Counted from the first letter of the stretch, positions 47,117-63,044 are shown. The stretch is 64,000 nt of DNA from Blastocystis sp. Blastoise (GCA_039096225.1 JBBPEB010000011.1:496001-560000); one strand, 5' to 3'. The notes: generated by a model not told the origin, from the letters alone. Numbers and translations are program-made.

Positions 47117-49759
47117 ATCTTTGAATTATTCTATTTTTCTTTATTCCTTTATTCTATTTCATAATGATTGGCTATTTATCTTCTACACTATAATTCTTTT
47201 GATTTATATTAAAATGATTGGCTAAGTATTTTTAATAGAATATATTTTTATGCTGACTTTATTTTTTGTTTTACACCATACATTCATATTTTATTTTATT
47301 GCTTTGTTTATCTCACAACAAAAATATCAATGAACATATTCAATAACTATACTCTTTGAAAATGTATTTTACTTTTAAACAGTATTAAAGTATTATTGTG
47401 TCTAGGTGTCTATCAATTTTCGAATCAATTATCTTGTTAATGTATATAATGTTGTAAAATATCATAACATCTTTTTATATAGAATGTCAGGTGTTTGATT
47501 ATTCAAGGGTAGCAAGTATTTTGTTTCGTATTTCTATAATTCTTTGTTACTATTATTTAATTAACTATCAATATCCCTTTCTTTAGTTGCTTCATATAAA
47601 TTGTAACGTGCATTGAAATGACAGCTATCTTTAACGATGTGAATTAGGTATGTATAACTATTTATTGATTTGAATAATTCTAACTTATTTTTTTTATATA
47701 GAGTATTTATAGACAGAAGTAATTACCACCAGTAGATAGATTTAAAAAAATGTTTTAATGTTATTTCACAATTAGAATTTATTTACAATTTACTCGTTTT
47801 GTTTTCTAATTTTTGTTATAATGGTTAAAGCCATAGTTGCGTATAGAGTAGTTTATGAAAATAACAAAGATAAATTTAAATCATTAAATAGTTTTTAAAT
47901 TAATTATTCAAAGAGCGACCAAAAATAATCATCGTGTATATACTAAAAATCTTCATTGGGTTTTTTTATGCTTTTTGTTGTTTATTCTGTGGAGGGTATT
48001 TTTTTTCCTTGTTTAATTGTTCTGAAAAAATCTTAAATCCAAAAAGCAAAACGTGACAAAGAAGGCCATTTTTATTCATGGAAATCGCTGATAGTGATGA
48101 TTTGAAATAATTATAAATATTCTTTATTAATTATTCACTATCAGGTATTTCCGTGATACTTTTTGGAGAGTTTTGCCAAAAAATGACTAAATTACTTTTT
48201 AAGACTATTTTCAGTCAGGCGAAAAGAGTAGCCAAAAACTAGGTTATTTTTGTCGAATATGGTCTTTCTTTTCATTCGTTCAGAATTCTTTTAGAAACGT
48301 CATTTTATTATTAATTTAATCGTTGTGTGAATGATAATCAATATATATATATAACAAAAGACAATAAATAATATATAATAATTAAAATAGCAAGAAAGAT
48401 AAGAAAATAATAATTATTTTGATTTGTTTTGATAAATTGGCAACTGTATCTGAGGACTATATATATAAATTGATAGAACTAATAATAATATAGATAATAT
48501 AGAATACATACCTTCTAACATCACTTCTAGACCAACTCTTGAACAAGAACCAAAACTATAAAAATAGAATGTAAAAAAATAAATATATTATAACAATATA
48601 CCTTCTAAATCCTAGCAGTGTAGACCAAAAGGGACACCAGAGAGTACCTAGAACCTATAAAAAATTAAATTAGTTAATTTCAAAAAAATAAAATATAATT
48701 AAATACCTTCAGAAGCATTGATTTGTTGACCAAGGAGACCTGAGACAATAGTTGAACCTATATAAGATAATAAATAATAATAGCAGAGAGAATGCTAAAA
48801 AATATATACCTTTAATACAACCAGATTTCTATACGTTCAGGCCCGGAAACTCATAAACTAACTTTAAAAAAGAAGACCAATTAGGACCTATTAGAATCTA
48901 TTTTGACACACCAGTAAGCCTATATAGAATAAGATAAATAAAAAAAATATAATATACATTTAATAATATATAAAATATAGTTGTAAATTAAAGAAAAATA
49001 AAAATAAATATGTGAAAAAGTTGAATCTTATAAACAAAGAGAAATTCCCCCTTACAATTTTTTTTTTGTATAATAAAATTCTTTACAAAATCTGGGTTTC
49101 CAGGGGTTAAAACATTTTAAAAATTTCCCTTTTTCTCTAATAAAAAGTCTATTTGAATATAAAAATGATTTATAAATGTAATATGTGTTTATGAACCTAA
49201 ATTATTTAATTACAACATGTTTAAGACTTATTAGAACAAAAATATAGTTATTTAAAAAATCTTTAATTACAATTAAATATATTTGTCTGCTATTTTTATA
49301 TAATAGTATTTTATTTATAACAAGAAGGTCCTAGATAATCAAGAGAAATATTTAGTATAATCACTTATAGAGACATGATTCAAAAATTTATAAACTTTTG
49401 TTTCTAATATGATTTATTTCAACAATTTATCGATTATTGTAGATGTATAAATAGAACGAGAATGTTTGAAAGCTTTGTGAGTTGTTTAAGACATAATAAA
49501 GAATGTAATTTATTAAAGTATAAAGTAGATTAATATTTACTCTTTTTTCTATTATTCCAAAAGAATTCTATAAATAATTTTATTCCTAAATATCAACAAA
49601 ACAAATAGAGTAATATATAAAGAAATAAAACAAAATAAAAGATAGATAAAAAAGATAATATATAGTATATATATAGTAATATATCATTATAATATATATA
49701 ATATGAATAATTTATTAAACTCCTTTCTATTCTATATATACATGATTATAAAACCATAT

Positions 49760-55060
<5,301 letters not shown>

Positions 55061-55465
55061 AAAATGAATTCATGTATAAATCCAAACTTATGAGTCAAAA
55101 TATAAAAATTTTCATAAATATATTAGTTTTTATTATTATTATTATTTTATGATAGTTTATTATAATTATAACTTCTCACACGTCAATTACAACTTTATTC
55201 ATACAATAACTATGTATTCCACTAATTTCAACTTTAAAAACATAACTCATTTTCTTTGACCCTCTGATGTGTTTGTATGCTCGTCCAAAAACTATAAATT
55301 CTTATTTCAACAATCTATCCATTGCATAATTAACTATAAAAACAACTTTTTAAAAGAATTTTATTTGATTCTGAAAAAAAAACTGTTTTTTATGACTTTT
55401 GACAAACTTTTTGGATGAGGACTTTTGAGTCGTGATAGAGTCAATTGAAAAATTCTTTTTAAAAC

Positions 55466-55582
55466 ATTCTTCGCACAAACCCAGGCGGCCAAGATATGGC
55501 CGACATCCCTATACTGCGAAGTTCTACGAACTTCGCTAGCATAGGGATGTTGCCCATATTTGTGTGGGTTTGTGCGAAGAAT
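55466..55582. repeat. GC-rich imperfect palindrome (117-bp terminal hairpin)
   Basis: ATTCTTCGCACAAACCCA / TGGGTTTGTGCGAAGAAT (18 bp perfect), ACATCCCTAT / ATAGGGATGT, and apex GCGAAGTTC-TAC-GAACTTCGC. Confidence 0.95.
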
Positions 55583-55670
55583 TACTAATTCTTATCATAT
55601 AGAAAAATCAAGGGAATAAAGAAAAATACACTATAAAATATATTTTTCACATAAATAACTATTTTAAACA

Positions 55671-56342
55671 ATTTGATTGGTTAAATCAGTGATGACGCAC
55701 CCTCTGTCATCCATTTTTACTTTTCTAACTTTTTATATATTCTATTTACTTACTTACTACTTTATAAAAAAAATGAATAAGTAAGTACGTAACCCCATAT
55801 ATACAAAAGTTTATTTTGACAAAAAAAGAAGCCAGTTCGGAATCATTTGATTGGATGAATCTTGGAACACAATTTATCATCCAATAAAAATTATGTGTTC
55901 CAAAAAGATGAAATTTGATTGGTTAAATCAGTGATGACGCACCCTCTGTCATCCATTTTTACTTTTCTAACTTTTTGTATATTCTATTTACTTACTTACT
56001 ACTTTATAAAAAAAATGAATAAGTAAGTACGTAACCCCATATATACAAAAGTTTATTTTTGACAAAAAAAAGAGCCAGTTCGGAATCATTTGATTGGATG
56101 AATCTTGGAACACAATTTATCATCCAATAAAAATTATGTGTTCCAAAAAGATGAAATTTGATTGGTTAAATCAGTGATGACGCACCCTCTGTCATCCATT
56201 TTTACTTTTCTAACTTTTTGTATATTCTATTTACTTACTTACTACTTTATAAAAAAAATGAATAAGTAAGTACGTAACCCCATATATACAAAAGTTTATT
56301 TTTGACAAAAAAAAGAGCCAGTTCGGAATCATTTGATTGGTT
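55671..56342. repeat. Subterminal tandem repeat, ~2.8 x 242-243 bp
   Basis: Units start ATTTGATTGGTTAAATCAGTGATGACGCACCC at 55671, 55913 and 56156; near-identical. Confidence 0.95.
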
Positions 56343-56526
56343 GAACGAAATGTTGTTCTTTAAAATATTTCAAATCAAAAAATGAATTTGATATCTTTTA
56401 AATTCACCCCTGGATTTTTGTTTCCATTATAAAAATATAATAAATGAAATATACCCCCATTGTTATAATTTTTATATATTTTTTTAATATAAAATATTTC
56501 TCATTTTTATTTTATTTTTGGAAAGA

Positions 56527-56943
56527 ATGAGTGAAGGTGCTTTCAGATTATTGAATTTCAAGGAAAAGTCAAATTAGTAAATATTTAAGATATATATATA
56601 TATATATTAATTATATAGTTCCGTTGAAGAACTTAATCAAATTAAGAAAGATCTTTGTGAATCATTAAGATCTCAATTAATAATGACTAAATTAAGTATT
56701 GATATTATAAAAAGGAATTGTCAACGTACTAAAGGAAACCAGTATTTATTAAGTAAGCAAATGATGAAATACTTTGATAAAGAATATTCTCCAGCAATTA
56801 ATAAAGCTTTAAATTTAATTGAAGAAAGTGATGATAATATTATGAATACAATTAATAAAAATAAAGAAGATTTTATTAATTTTGATAAATGTTTTGATAA
56901 GATGCTTGATTATCAGTCTAGAATATCGAAATATTTTCATTAA
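56527..56943 (+). CDS. Viral hypothetical protein with a 42-nt intron (56577-56618), ~124 aa
   Basis: MSEGAFRLLNFKEKSN(Y)SVEELNQ... joins in frame to ORF 56683..56943 after removing GTAAAT..TATAG. Confidence 0.65.
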
Positions 56944-57125
56944 AAATATTGAATTCCTATTAGTAGTTTTTTGTTTATTTTTTTAAATTTTTAAACCACT
57001 AAAATCGAATATTCTTTTTTAATATCTAAAAAAGAATAATTAGAACTGACTCTATTTAAAAATATATTTTAATAATTTCACATAATTTATTTATTTTTTA
57101 ATTTTTTAAAAGTGGATATTTACGA

Positions 57126-57410
57126 ATGGATAAGGAAATTAATAACACCCAGGATGTATGTAAAGATGTTGAAATGGATTCAGATCATCCTAAAACACCT
57201 AAGAAGCCCCGCCAACCCCGTGCAGTCTCAATAATTAAACGTAAAGGTGAAGATATTCAAGTTATTCCTGATTATTTACTGGTTTTCCTTAAGAATTTTA
57301 AAGTTATGCTTGATGATCTGCTAATGAATGATATGACCCAACGTCAGAAAATTGATGAATTATTTGAAAATGATGAATCATCAAATTCTAAAAGAAAAAG
57401 AACTGCTTAA
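57126..57410 (+). CDS. Viral hypothetical protein (94 aa, NLS-like KRKR)
   Basis: Clean ORF with coding-like composition. Confidence 0.6.
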   Translation: MDKEINNTQDVCKDVEMDSDHPKTPKKPRQPRAVSIIKRKGEDIQVIPDYLLVFLKNFKVMLDDLLMNDMTQRQKIDELFENDESSNSKRKRTA

Positions 57411-57685
57411 TTTGTCTTAAAATTATCATTAATTAATAAAATTTTGTTTTGTTTTCTTTAAAACTGTTGGATAAATATCTTTAAGCCCATAATACACAAC
57501 TCTATTAATTTTTTATAATAAAATGTAATTTAACCCCTGGATAATAACATTCCAGCCCCTGGATTGTTTCTCTATTATTTTTTAATAATAAACTTTCAAT
57601 ACCCCCTGGATCACTAAAAACGAAATCTTTTTTATTTTATTATAAATTTATTTTCATATTTATTTTTATTTATTTGGTGAAAAAA

Positions 57686-57922
57686 ATGAAATTTTCGTTA
57701 CAACACGATTTGATGACTGCTTGCTTAAATATTAAAAGATTGCAGCGTATGATTACAAAGATGCAGGAGGAAATAGATGATATGGTTGATACTATTGATA
57801 GAATTAATGATACTGTTCTAGAAGATTATTTAGAATTAACTGATGAAGATGATGATATTGAAGATCCTCCAAAATCACCAAGAAGTCCTCGAAGTATGGT
57901 CGAAAAAATCTTAAAATTTTAA
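57686..57922 (+). CDS. Viral hypothetical acidic coiled-coil protein
   Basis: ORF 57674..57922; first ATG at 57686. Confidence 0.55.
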   Translation: MKFSLQHDLMTACLNIKRLQRMITKMQEEIDDMVDTIDRINDTVLEDYLELTDEDDDIEDPPKSPRSPRSMVEKILKF

Positions 57923-58022
57923 TTCATCTGCTTTTTATTTTTATCATATGAGTTTTAAATATATTCAGTTTTGTTTTGTTTTGTTTCTAAAACTTCACAT
58001 AATTATTTTATTCTGATAAAAA

Positions 58023-58958
58023 ATGAGAAATAAAAATTTTGATGCCATTAAGTTAGCAATAATCAAAAGTACCTATTGTGCTGGAAGTAAACGTAAATTT
58101 GCTATTATTATAGAAAAATATATTGAATATTTGCCTTGGGAAAAATTTAAGCAATTCTTGGAAAATCCTTATGCTTTTGCTGATGAATTGGTGAATAAGA
58201 AGTTTATTAAGATTCATGAACTACTGAAATTATCTGAATTAATCTTATATTTAATAAAGGTAAAACACTTTGAATCTAATTTTTGTGAAGATATTCATAA
58301 TGATTGGTTAGAATTTAAAGATATTATTAAGAGTGCTTATGAACAATCCCTTCGTGAAAAGAAATCTGCTAGAATAGAAAATCTTCGAAAAGAATATCCA
58401 AATATAGAATCATTAGAATGTAAACGTGATGAATTAGATAAAGATGATATACTTAGAATTATTATTGATTTATATATATTATGTCCTCCTCAACGTGCTG
58501 ATTATGGTATATGTTCTATTCAAACACCAGAAACTGTAACTAATAAAATGAGAAATTATATCATTTTTGATAAGAATAATGAAACTGCTGAAATTCATCT
58601 GAAAGATTATAAGACTTCATATAAATATGAAGAAATTATAATTAAGAATAATGATAAGTTATATGAAGATATGAACTATATGTTAGAAAAAGAACCTGGT
58701 AGAGTGTTTATATTTGAAAAGACTCCTGGTAAACCATTTTGTGATGTTAAAGATTATGATAGATATATTAATAATCATTTACGTAGATTACATCCAGAAT
58801 TAACTATTAATGGTTGTCGTTTCTATTATGCTACTACAAATTGTACTTCTTTTTCTTCTTTAAGAGATGATTCTGATAGATTAGCTCATACTAAAAGAAC
58901 TCATATTGGCAGTTATGTCTCTTTTACTCAAAGTGATTTATATAAAAAATTAATTTAA
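58023..58958 (+). CDS. Tyrosine recombinase/integrase (Polinton-like-virus type)
   Basis: PPQRADY (R), DYKT (K), TINGCR (HxxR variant), LAHT (H), HIGSY (Y) in canonical order. Confidence 0.85.
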   Translation: MRNKNFDAIKLAIIKSTYCAGSKRKFAIIIEKYIEYLPWEKFKQFLENPYAFADELVNKKFIKIHELLKLSELILYLIKVKHFESNFCEDIHNDWLEFKDIIKSAYEQSLREKKSARIENLRKEYPNIESLECKRDELDKDDILRIIIDLYILCPPQRADYGICSIQTPETVTNKMRNYIIFDKNNETAEIHLKDYKTSYKYEEIIIKNNDKLYEDMNYMLEKEPGRVFIFEKTPGKPFCDVKDYDRYINNHLRRLHPELTINGCRFYYATTNCTSFSSLRDDSDRLAHTKRTHIGSYVSFTQSDLYKKLI

Positions 58959-59045
58959 TTATTATTTGTTTATTTAAAAAAAAGTTGTTTAGTTTTAAAA
59001 AAATTATTTTATTATAACAAAACACAATAATTATAAAAACATATA

Positions 59046-59531
59046 TTAATGACAATTATTATTAGAGAATAAATTAATAGGATTAGGAGAAAAATTATAA
59101 TTATTTAAGACTTCATTAGTAGACGGCAAGGAGTAGAAATCTTCATGATTTTGTATATCTTTTGGAATAGGGATATTAACTTGTTTTTCAAGTTGTGTAG
59201 ATAAATGAGGCATCGTTTCAGAATTAACAGGATTTGAGATAGGAGACGTGACATTGATTTGATTTTTTTCTTTGTTTCTTGAGTGTTCTTCAATTTCATA
59301 GTATAAATTATCTAAAGTATTTTCTAAATATTGTTTTTGTTCAGGATTAGAAATATAAATGATTAAATTTCTAATAGAATCTAATTCTCTCTTTTGTATT
59401 GGACGAGTATGAAAATTAAGAAATTGTTCAATCAATTTAAAGAAATCATTTCCTTTACATTTACATGCATCTAATTGCAGACTTTTAATATTTTTTGAGA
59501 ATGTTGGCCACGGTAGAGGTTGACGATACAT
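59046..59531 (-). CDS. Viral hypothetical protein (161 aa)
   Basis: Clean ORF co-oriented with the protease and core genes. Confidence 0.6.
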   Translation of the reverse strand: MYRQPLPWPTFSKNIKSLQLDACKCKGNDFFKLIEQFLNFHTRPIQKRELDSIRNLIIYISNPEQKQYLENTLDNLYYEIEEHSRNKEKNQINVTSPISNPVNSETMPHLSTQLEKQVNIPIPKDIQNHEDFYSLPSTNEVLNNYNFSPNPINLFSNNNCH

Positions 59532-59600
59532 ATTAATTAAAAAATAAATAATTATGATTAATGTTTTAATCTAATAAAATATATTCGTTTTTATATTCGT

Positions 59601-60197
59601 TTATGTAGGTATGATGGTACCTAAACTAGTTAAATATAATAATGCATAATAGAAACATCCATTAGAGTTTGAAGCAGTACTTTGGAATTGAATAGGGTTG
59701 TATTGAATATTATGTGTCTTAATAAATTGTGGAGAAAATTCTGGAGAATTCCCAAGACTGGAATAGAATTTCATATGTTCTGGACTTTCATAGATAACAG
59801 CTTCAAAATGACCGAAATTAGGGTCATCTTCAGATTGATGAAATAACATATTAAAGTTAGATTTTATATTATCAATATTATGTTCAAAATCATTTAAATT
59901 ATCCCAATATTTCCATGAACCTTTACATTGTGTATTCAGATTTTTCATTGTAGAATCTGCTATATCACATGCAACAGGGTCACATGGATTATTTAAATAT
60001 CCATATTTATATATTTTTGAAATTAAGTTTCTATTAATTATACCAGATAATTGAGCCAATGATTTAGCTATACTATCCAGAGGTTTAGGCTGACTAGATA
60101 ATTGTTTATCAGAATAAATTTTTGTATTACAATTTAATTTATCTTGAATAATATCTTCATCAGGGCTCACTTTTAAACCTCTGGTTGGTAGTTTTTT
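59601..60197 (-). CDS. Adenain-like (clan CE) maturation cysteine protease, no ATG at its 5' end
   Basis: GHFEAV (His), FYSSLG (cf. YFDSFG), IQYNPIQFQ (oxyanion Gln), GCFYYAL (Cys). The frame stays open upstream through the A7 run of the core ORF. Asp and Cys spacing is non-canonical. Confidence 0.7.
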   Translation of the reverse strand, partial: KKLPTRGLKVSPDEDIIQDKLNCNTKIYSDKQLSSQPKPLDSIAKSLAQLSGIINRNLISKIYKYGYLNNPCDPVACDIADSTMKNLNTQCKGSWKYWDNLNDFEHNIDNIKSNFNMLFHQSEDDPNFGHFEAVIYESPEHMKFYSSLGNSPEFSPQFIKTHNIQYNPIQFQSTASNSNGCFYYALLYLTSLGTIIPT

Positions 60198-61291
60198 TGT
60201 AATCCAGCTCCTTCACCACAACCATTTTGTTGACATTGTCGTTTAGCAGCTTTACATTTTTGCATATATTCATAAAAGGCACGACCACGTAATTTTCTTG
60301 GTTTTTTCAATCCAGAAGCATTATTAGGTTGCATTGCTTCTGCTAATGCTCTTTTCTTTGCTTCTATTTCTTGTTCTTGATAAACATTATCTACATTATT
60401 ATCTAATTTATTATTTTCATTGGCTTTTCTCCAAAATTCAGGTGTGAATATTTTACCAATTGCACGTGGAATTGCTGCAATATTATTTCCTAAATTCGTG
60501 ACACCATCTTTTATTGCATTTGGATTAGTTGCTAATCCTTCAAATGCTTTTGAAGCCGCACCAATACCAGCCAACATTGTAAGGAATCCACCACCTTCTT
60601 TCCAAAATTTTCCACCACGACGTACAGTACATCCGTTACCACTTGAATCACCTGAAAAATTAATATAAGAACACAATTGTCTTTTTGAGGGTCTTTTAAT
60701 ACCACATCCAACTTTATTTAACCCTTTACCACCTAAATTCATGGTACTTGCTATACTTCTTATAATTGAAGGTGGAATTAGCATTCCAGCACGAATTCTA
60801 TGTTTTGACCATTTCTTATAATCTTTCATAGCTTCTTGAGAATAGCCAGCTGCTTTTAATACACCTTGACCAATTGAATTATATAATTTTGACATTTCTG
60901 CTTTATTAAAAGCTAATCCATTTCCATTTTTAGGTTCTAAAGCATCTGATTCTGAAATTACTTTTTTATTTGTAATTCCACGTCCATTTCTTTGAATACC
61001 TATTCTTGTAACTGGATTAGCAACAACCAATGAACCACCAGAATCACCATTATTATCACCAAACATTTTATCTCGATTAACATAATTATCAACATTACCA
61101 TTATTTACTTTTTGTGTTTTTAATTGTCTTGTCTTTGCAACACTATTTTCAGGTATTGCTACCATTAATGGATTATGCCTTTCAGCATTATTTAATGGTT
61201 GTGTAATATAATTTCTATTTTCTTTTCCATGTCCTAAATGAATAATACCTTTATCACCTGGACTTGGATATTTTAATATAGTTTGTTCCAT
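60173..61291 (-). CDS. Basic Gly-rich virion core protein precursor with repeated GxG/GG cleavage-like motifs
   Basis: SGGSL, NGRGI, NGNGL, GGKGL, VGCGI, SGNGC, EGGGFL, GAGL; GGFLTMLAGIGAA resembles the adenovirus pX/mu GG[F/I]L amphipathic segment. Likely start MEQTIL at 61291. Confidence 0.65.
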   Translation of the reverse strand: MEQTILKYPSPGDKGIIHLGHGKENRNYITQPLNNAERHNPLMVAIPENSVAKTRQLKTQKVNNGNVDNYVNRDKMFGDNNGDSGGSLVVANPVTRIGIQRNGRGITNKKVISESDALEPKNGNGLAFNKAEMSKLYNSIGQGVLKAAGYSQEAMKDYKKWSKHRIRAGMLIPPSIIRSIASTMNLGGKGLNKVGCGIKRPSKRQLCSYINFSGDSSGNGCTVRRGGKFWKEGGGFLTMLAGIGAASKAFEGLATNPNAIKDGVTNLGNNIAAIPRAIGKIFTPEFWRKANENNKLDNNVDNVYQEQEIEAKKRALAEAMQPNNASGLKKPRKLRGRAFYEYMQKCKAAKRQCQQNGCGEGAGLQKNYQPEV

Positions 61292-61325
61292 ATATATATA
61301 ATAAAAAATAAATAAAAAATAAATA

Positions 61326-62126
61326 TTAAGCAATTTTAATTGTTACATCTGAATATTCATCATAATTTTTAATATTAAATTTATTCTTACGAATATATCG
61401 TAAAACCTCTTTATAATATACATTATTTCGACCTAATTCAACAAGCATATTCTCATTATCAGATAAGTATATATGTAATGTTTCAGGAGCAGACTTTAAA
61501 TAGTTTATTAACTTATTGTTATCAAATATTATAGGTATATATTTATCATACATATTCATATAGGGTGGGTCCATATAAATAATACCATTTTGTATATTTT
61601 TAAGTAAATCATGATAATAATCACCACAAATAAATGAAACAGGCTGAATTAATTCTGAAATTTCTTTCAAATCATTTTCAGTATAAATAATAGGATTAGT
61701 ATAATTACCATAACCAACATTAAATTTTCCTTCACGATTTATTCTCCATACACCATGATAACATGTTTTATTTAAATACAGAAATAATGCAGCACGTTCT
61801 ATAGAATCTTTACTTTCATTAAATATTGTTCTATATTTATAATAATGTTCACAATCTATTTTATCATGAATATTTTTTAAATAATCAACAATAAGTCTAT
61901 AATCTAATTGGAGTATTTTCCAAAAATTAATTAAATCTGAACACATATCACATGCAAAATATTTTCGAGTAATATTATTAGTTTTATCAAATTTTAATAC
62001 ATTAATTAATATTGTTCCACCACCTAAGAATGGTTCATAATAATCTAAATTATTATTAAATCGTTCTTTAATAACAAAATCAGAAACAATATAATCTTTA
62101 TTTCCAACCCATTTTAATAATGGCAT
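61326..62126 (-). CDS. dam: Dam-family (D12 class) N6-adenine DNA methyltransferase
   Basis: LKWVGNK, EPFLGGG, FLYLNKTCYHGVWRINREGKFNV, YMDPPY. Confidence 0.92.
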   Translation of the reverse strand: MPLLKWVGNKDYIVSDFVIKERFNNNLDYYEPFLGGGTILINVLKFDKTNNITRKYFACDMCSDLINFWKILQLDYRLIVDYLKNIHDKIDCEHYYKYRTIFNESKDSIERAALFLYLNKTCYHGVWRINREGKFNVGYGNYTNPIIYTENDLKEISELIQPVSFICGDYYHDLLKNIQNGIIYMDPPYMNMYDKYIPIIFDNNKLINYLKSAPETLHIYLSDNENMLVELGRNNVYYKEVLRYIRKNKFNIKNYDEYSDVTIKIA

Positions 62127-62264
62127 TTTATTTTAAGTTATTAAATTAATTATTTATGTCATTTAAATAATTTTTAGAAACAAAACACATAAAAAATATA
62201 AAATAATTAATAATTTAACAATATAAGAAAATAAGAAAAATATATAGAAATAATTATATAATAA

Positions 62265-63044
62265 TTAATCATCAATTTCATTAACAGGAACAATATAATC
62301 AAGAGAACTACCAAGTATCTTTAATTGTTTAAGACCACGTGTAATATACCATTCTTTATCATAATATTTAACTCTATCTAATTTCATAATAGCAATAGCA
62401 CTATCCAAGGCAGAAATGTATTGAGTACAATTCGAAGTATTAATGATTGGATTATAATGATTATTAATAAGCTTACCATCTTTATCATATAAATCAAAAG
62501 CCAATTGATTTCTAGTATTCTTAAAGATTTTTATACTTACAATATTCATTGGATATTTTTGCCAAGTCTTCTGTTGAGTAATAGCATGCATAGGAACAGA
62601 TTCATTACCAAGTTCTTTATCTAAATTCAATTTTAACTTACCTCTTTCATCATTAACGCTATCAGGAACATGTATCTTTTCAAATATCTTATGGCTAACA
62701 TCAACTCTAATGGCTTCCAATAACTTTACAAAATCTTTGTTTTCAGTACCTAAAGAACAAACTAAATACTTACTATTAGAATTACCAAAATCACTAAATT
62801 CATAAAGAACAACACATGTAGGAGTTTTGATTTGAAGAATCTTTCCATTATATCTTATCTTATATCCATCTTGACGACCAAGAGCAAGGTTTCTATTGGG
62901 TTCATCAGTTTCTTTATCGAGAGTAACAGTTAGTAAATCATTATTATAATCACTTAATTTAGATATTGTACAGCATTCTTCATGTAAATGACCAACAGCA
63001 GCAGCTTGGAACAAAGTACTAGATATAGGGGAAATATCAGACAT
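62265..63044 (-). CDS. Putative OB-fold ssDNA-binding protein (viral SSB-like)
   Basis: LQIKTP..FG..YLVCSL..F..LLEAI pattern, beta-rich C-terminus, acidic tail, adjacent to the primase. Assignment by pattern only. Confidence 0.5.
   Translation of the reverse strand: MSDISPISSTLFQAAAVGHLHEECCTISKLSDYNNDLLTVTLDKETDEPNRNLALGRQDGYKIRYNGKILQIKTPTCVVLYEFSDFGNSNSKYLVCSLGTENKDFVKLLEAIRVDVSHKIFEKIHVPDSVNDERGKLKLNLDKELGNESVPMHAITQQKTWQKYPMNIVSIKIFKNTRNQLAFDLYDKDGKLINNHYNPIINTSNCTQYISALDSAIAIMKLDRVKYYDKEWYITRGLKQLKILGSSLDYIVPVNEIDD

Larger units (their letters stand above)
34479..48096 (-). mobile_element. CACTA/En-Spm DNA transposon, copy A2 (13,618 bp), inverted relative to A1
   Basis: Same TIRs; TSD ATG at 34476-34478 and 48097-48099; ORFs identical to A1 apart from a 3-bp indel beside a (TA)n tract. 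Confidence 0.95.
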
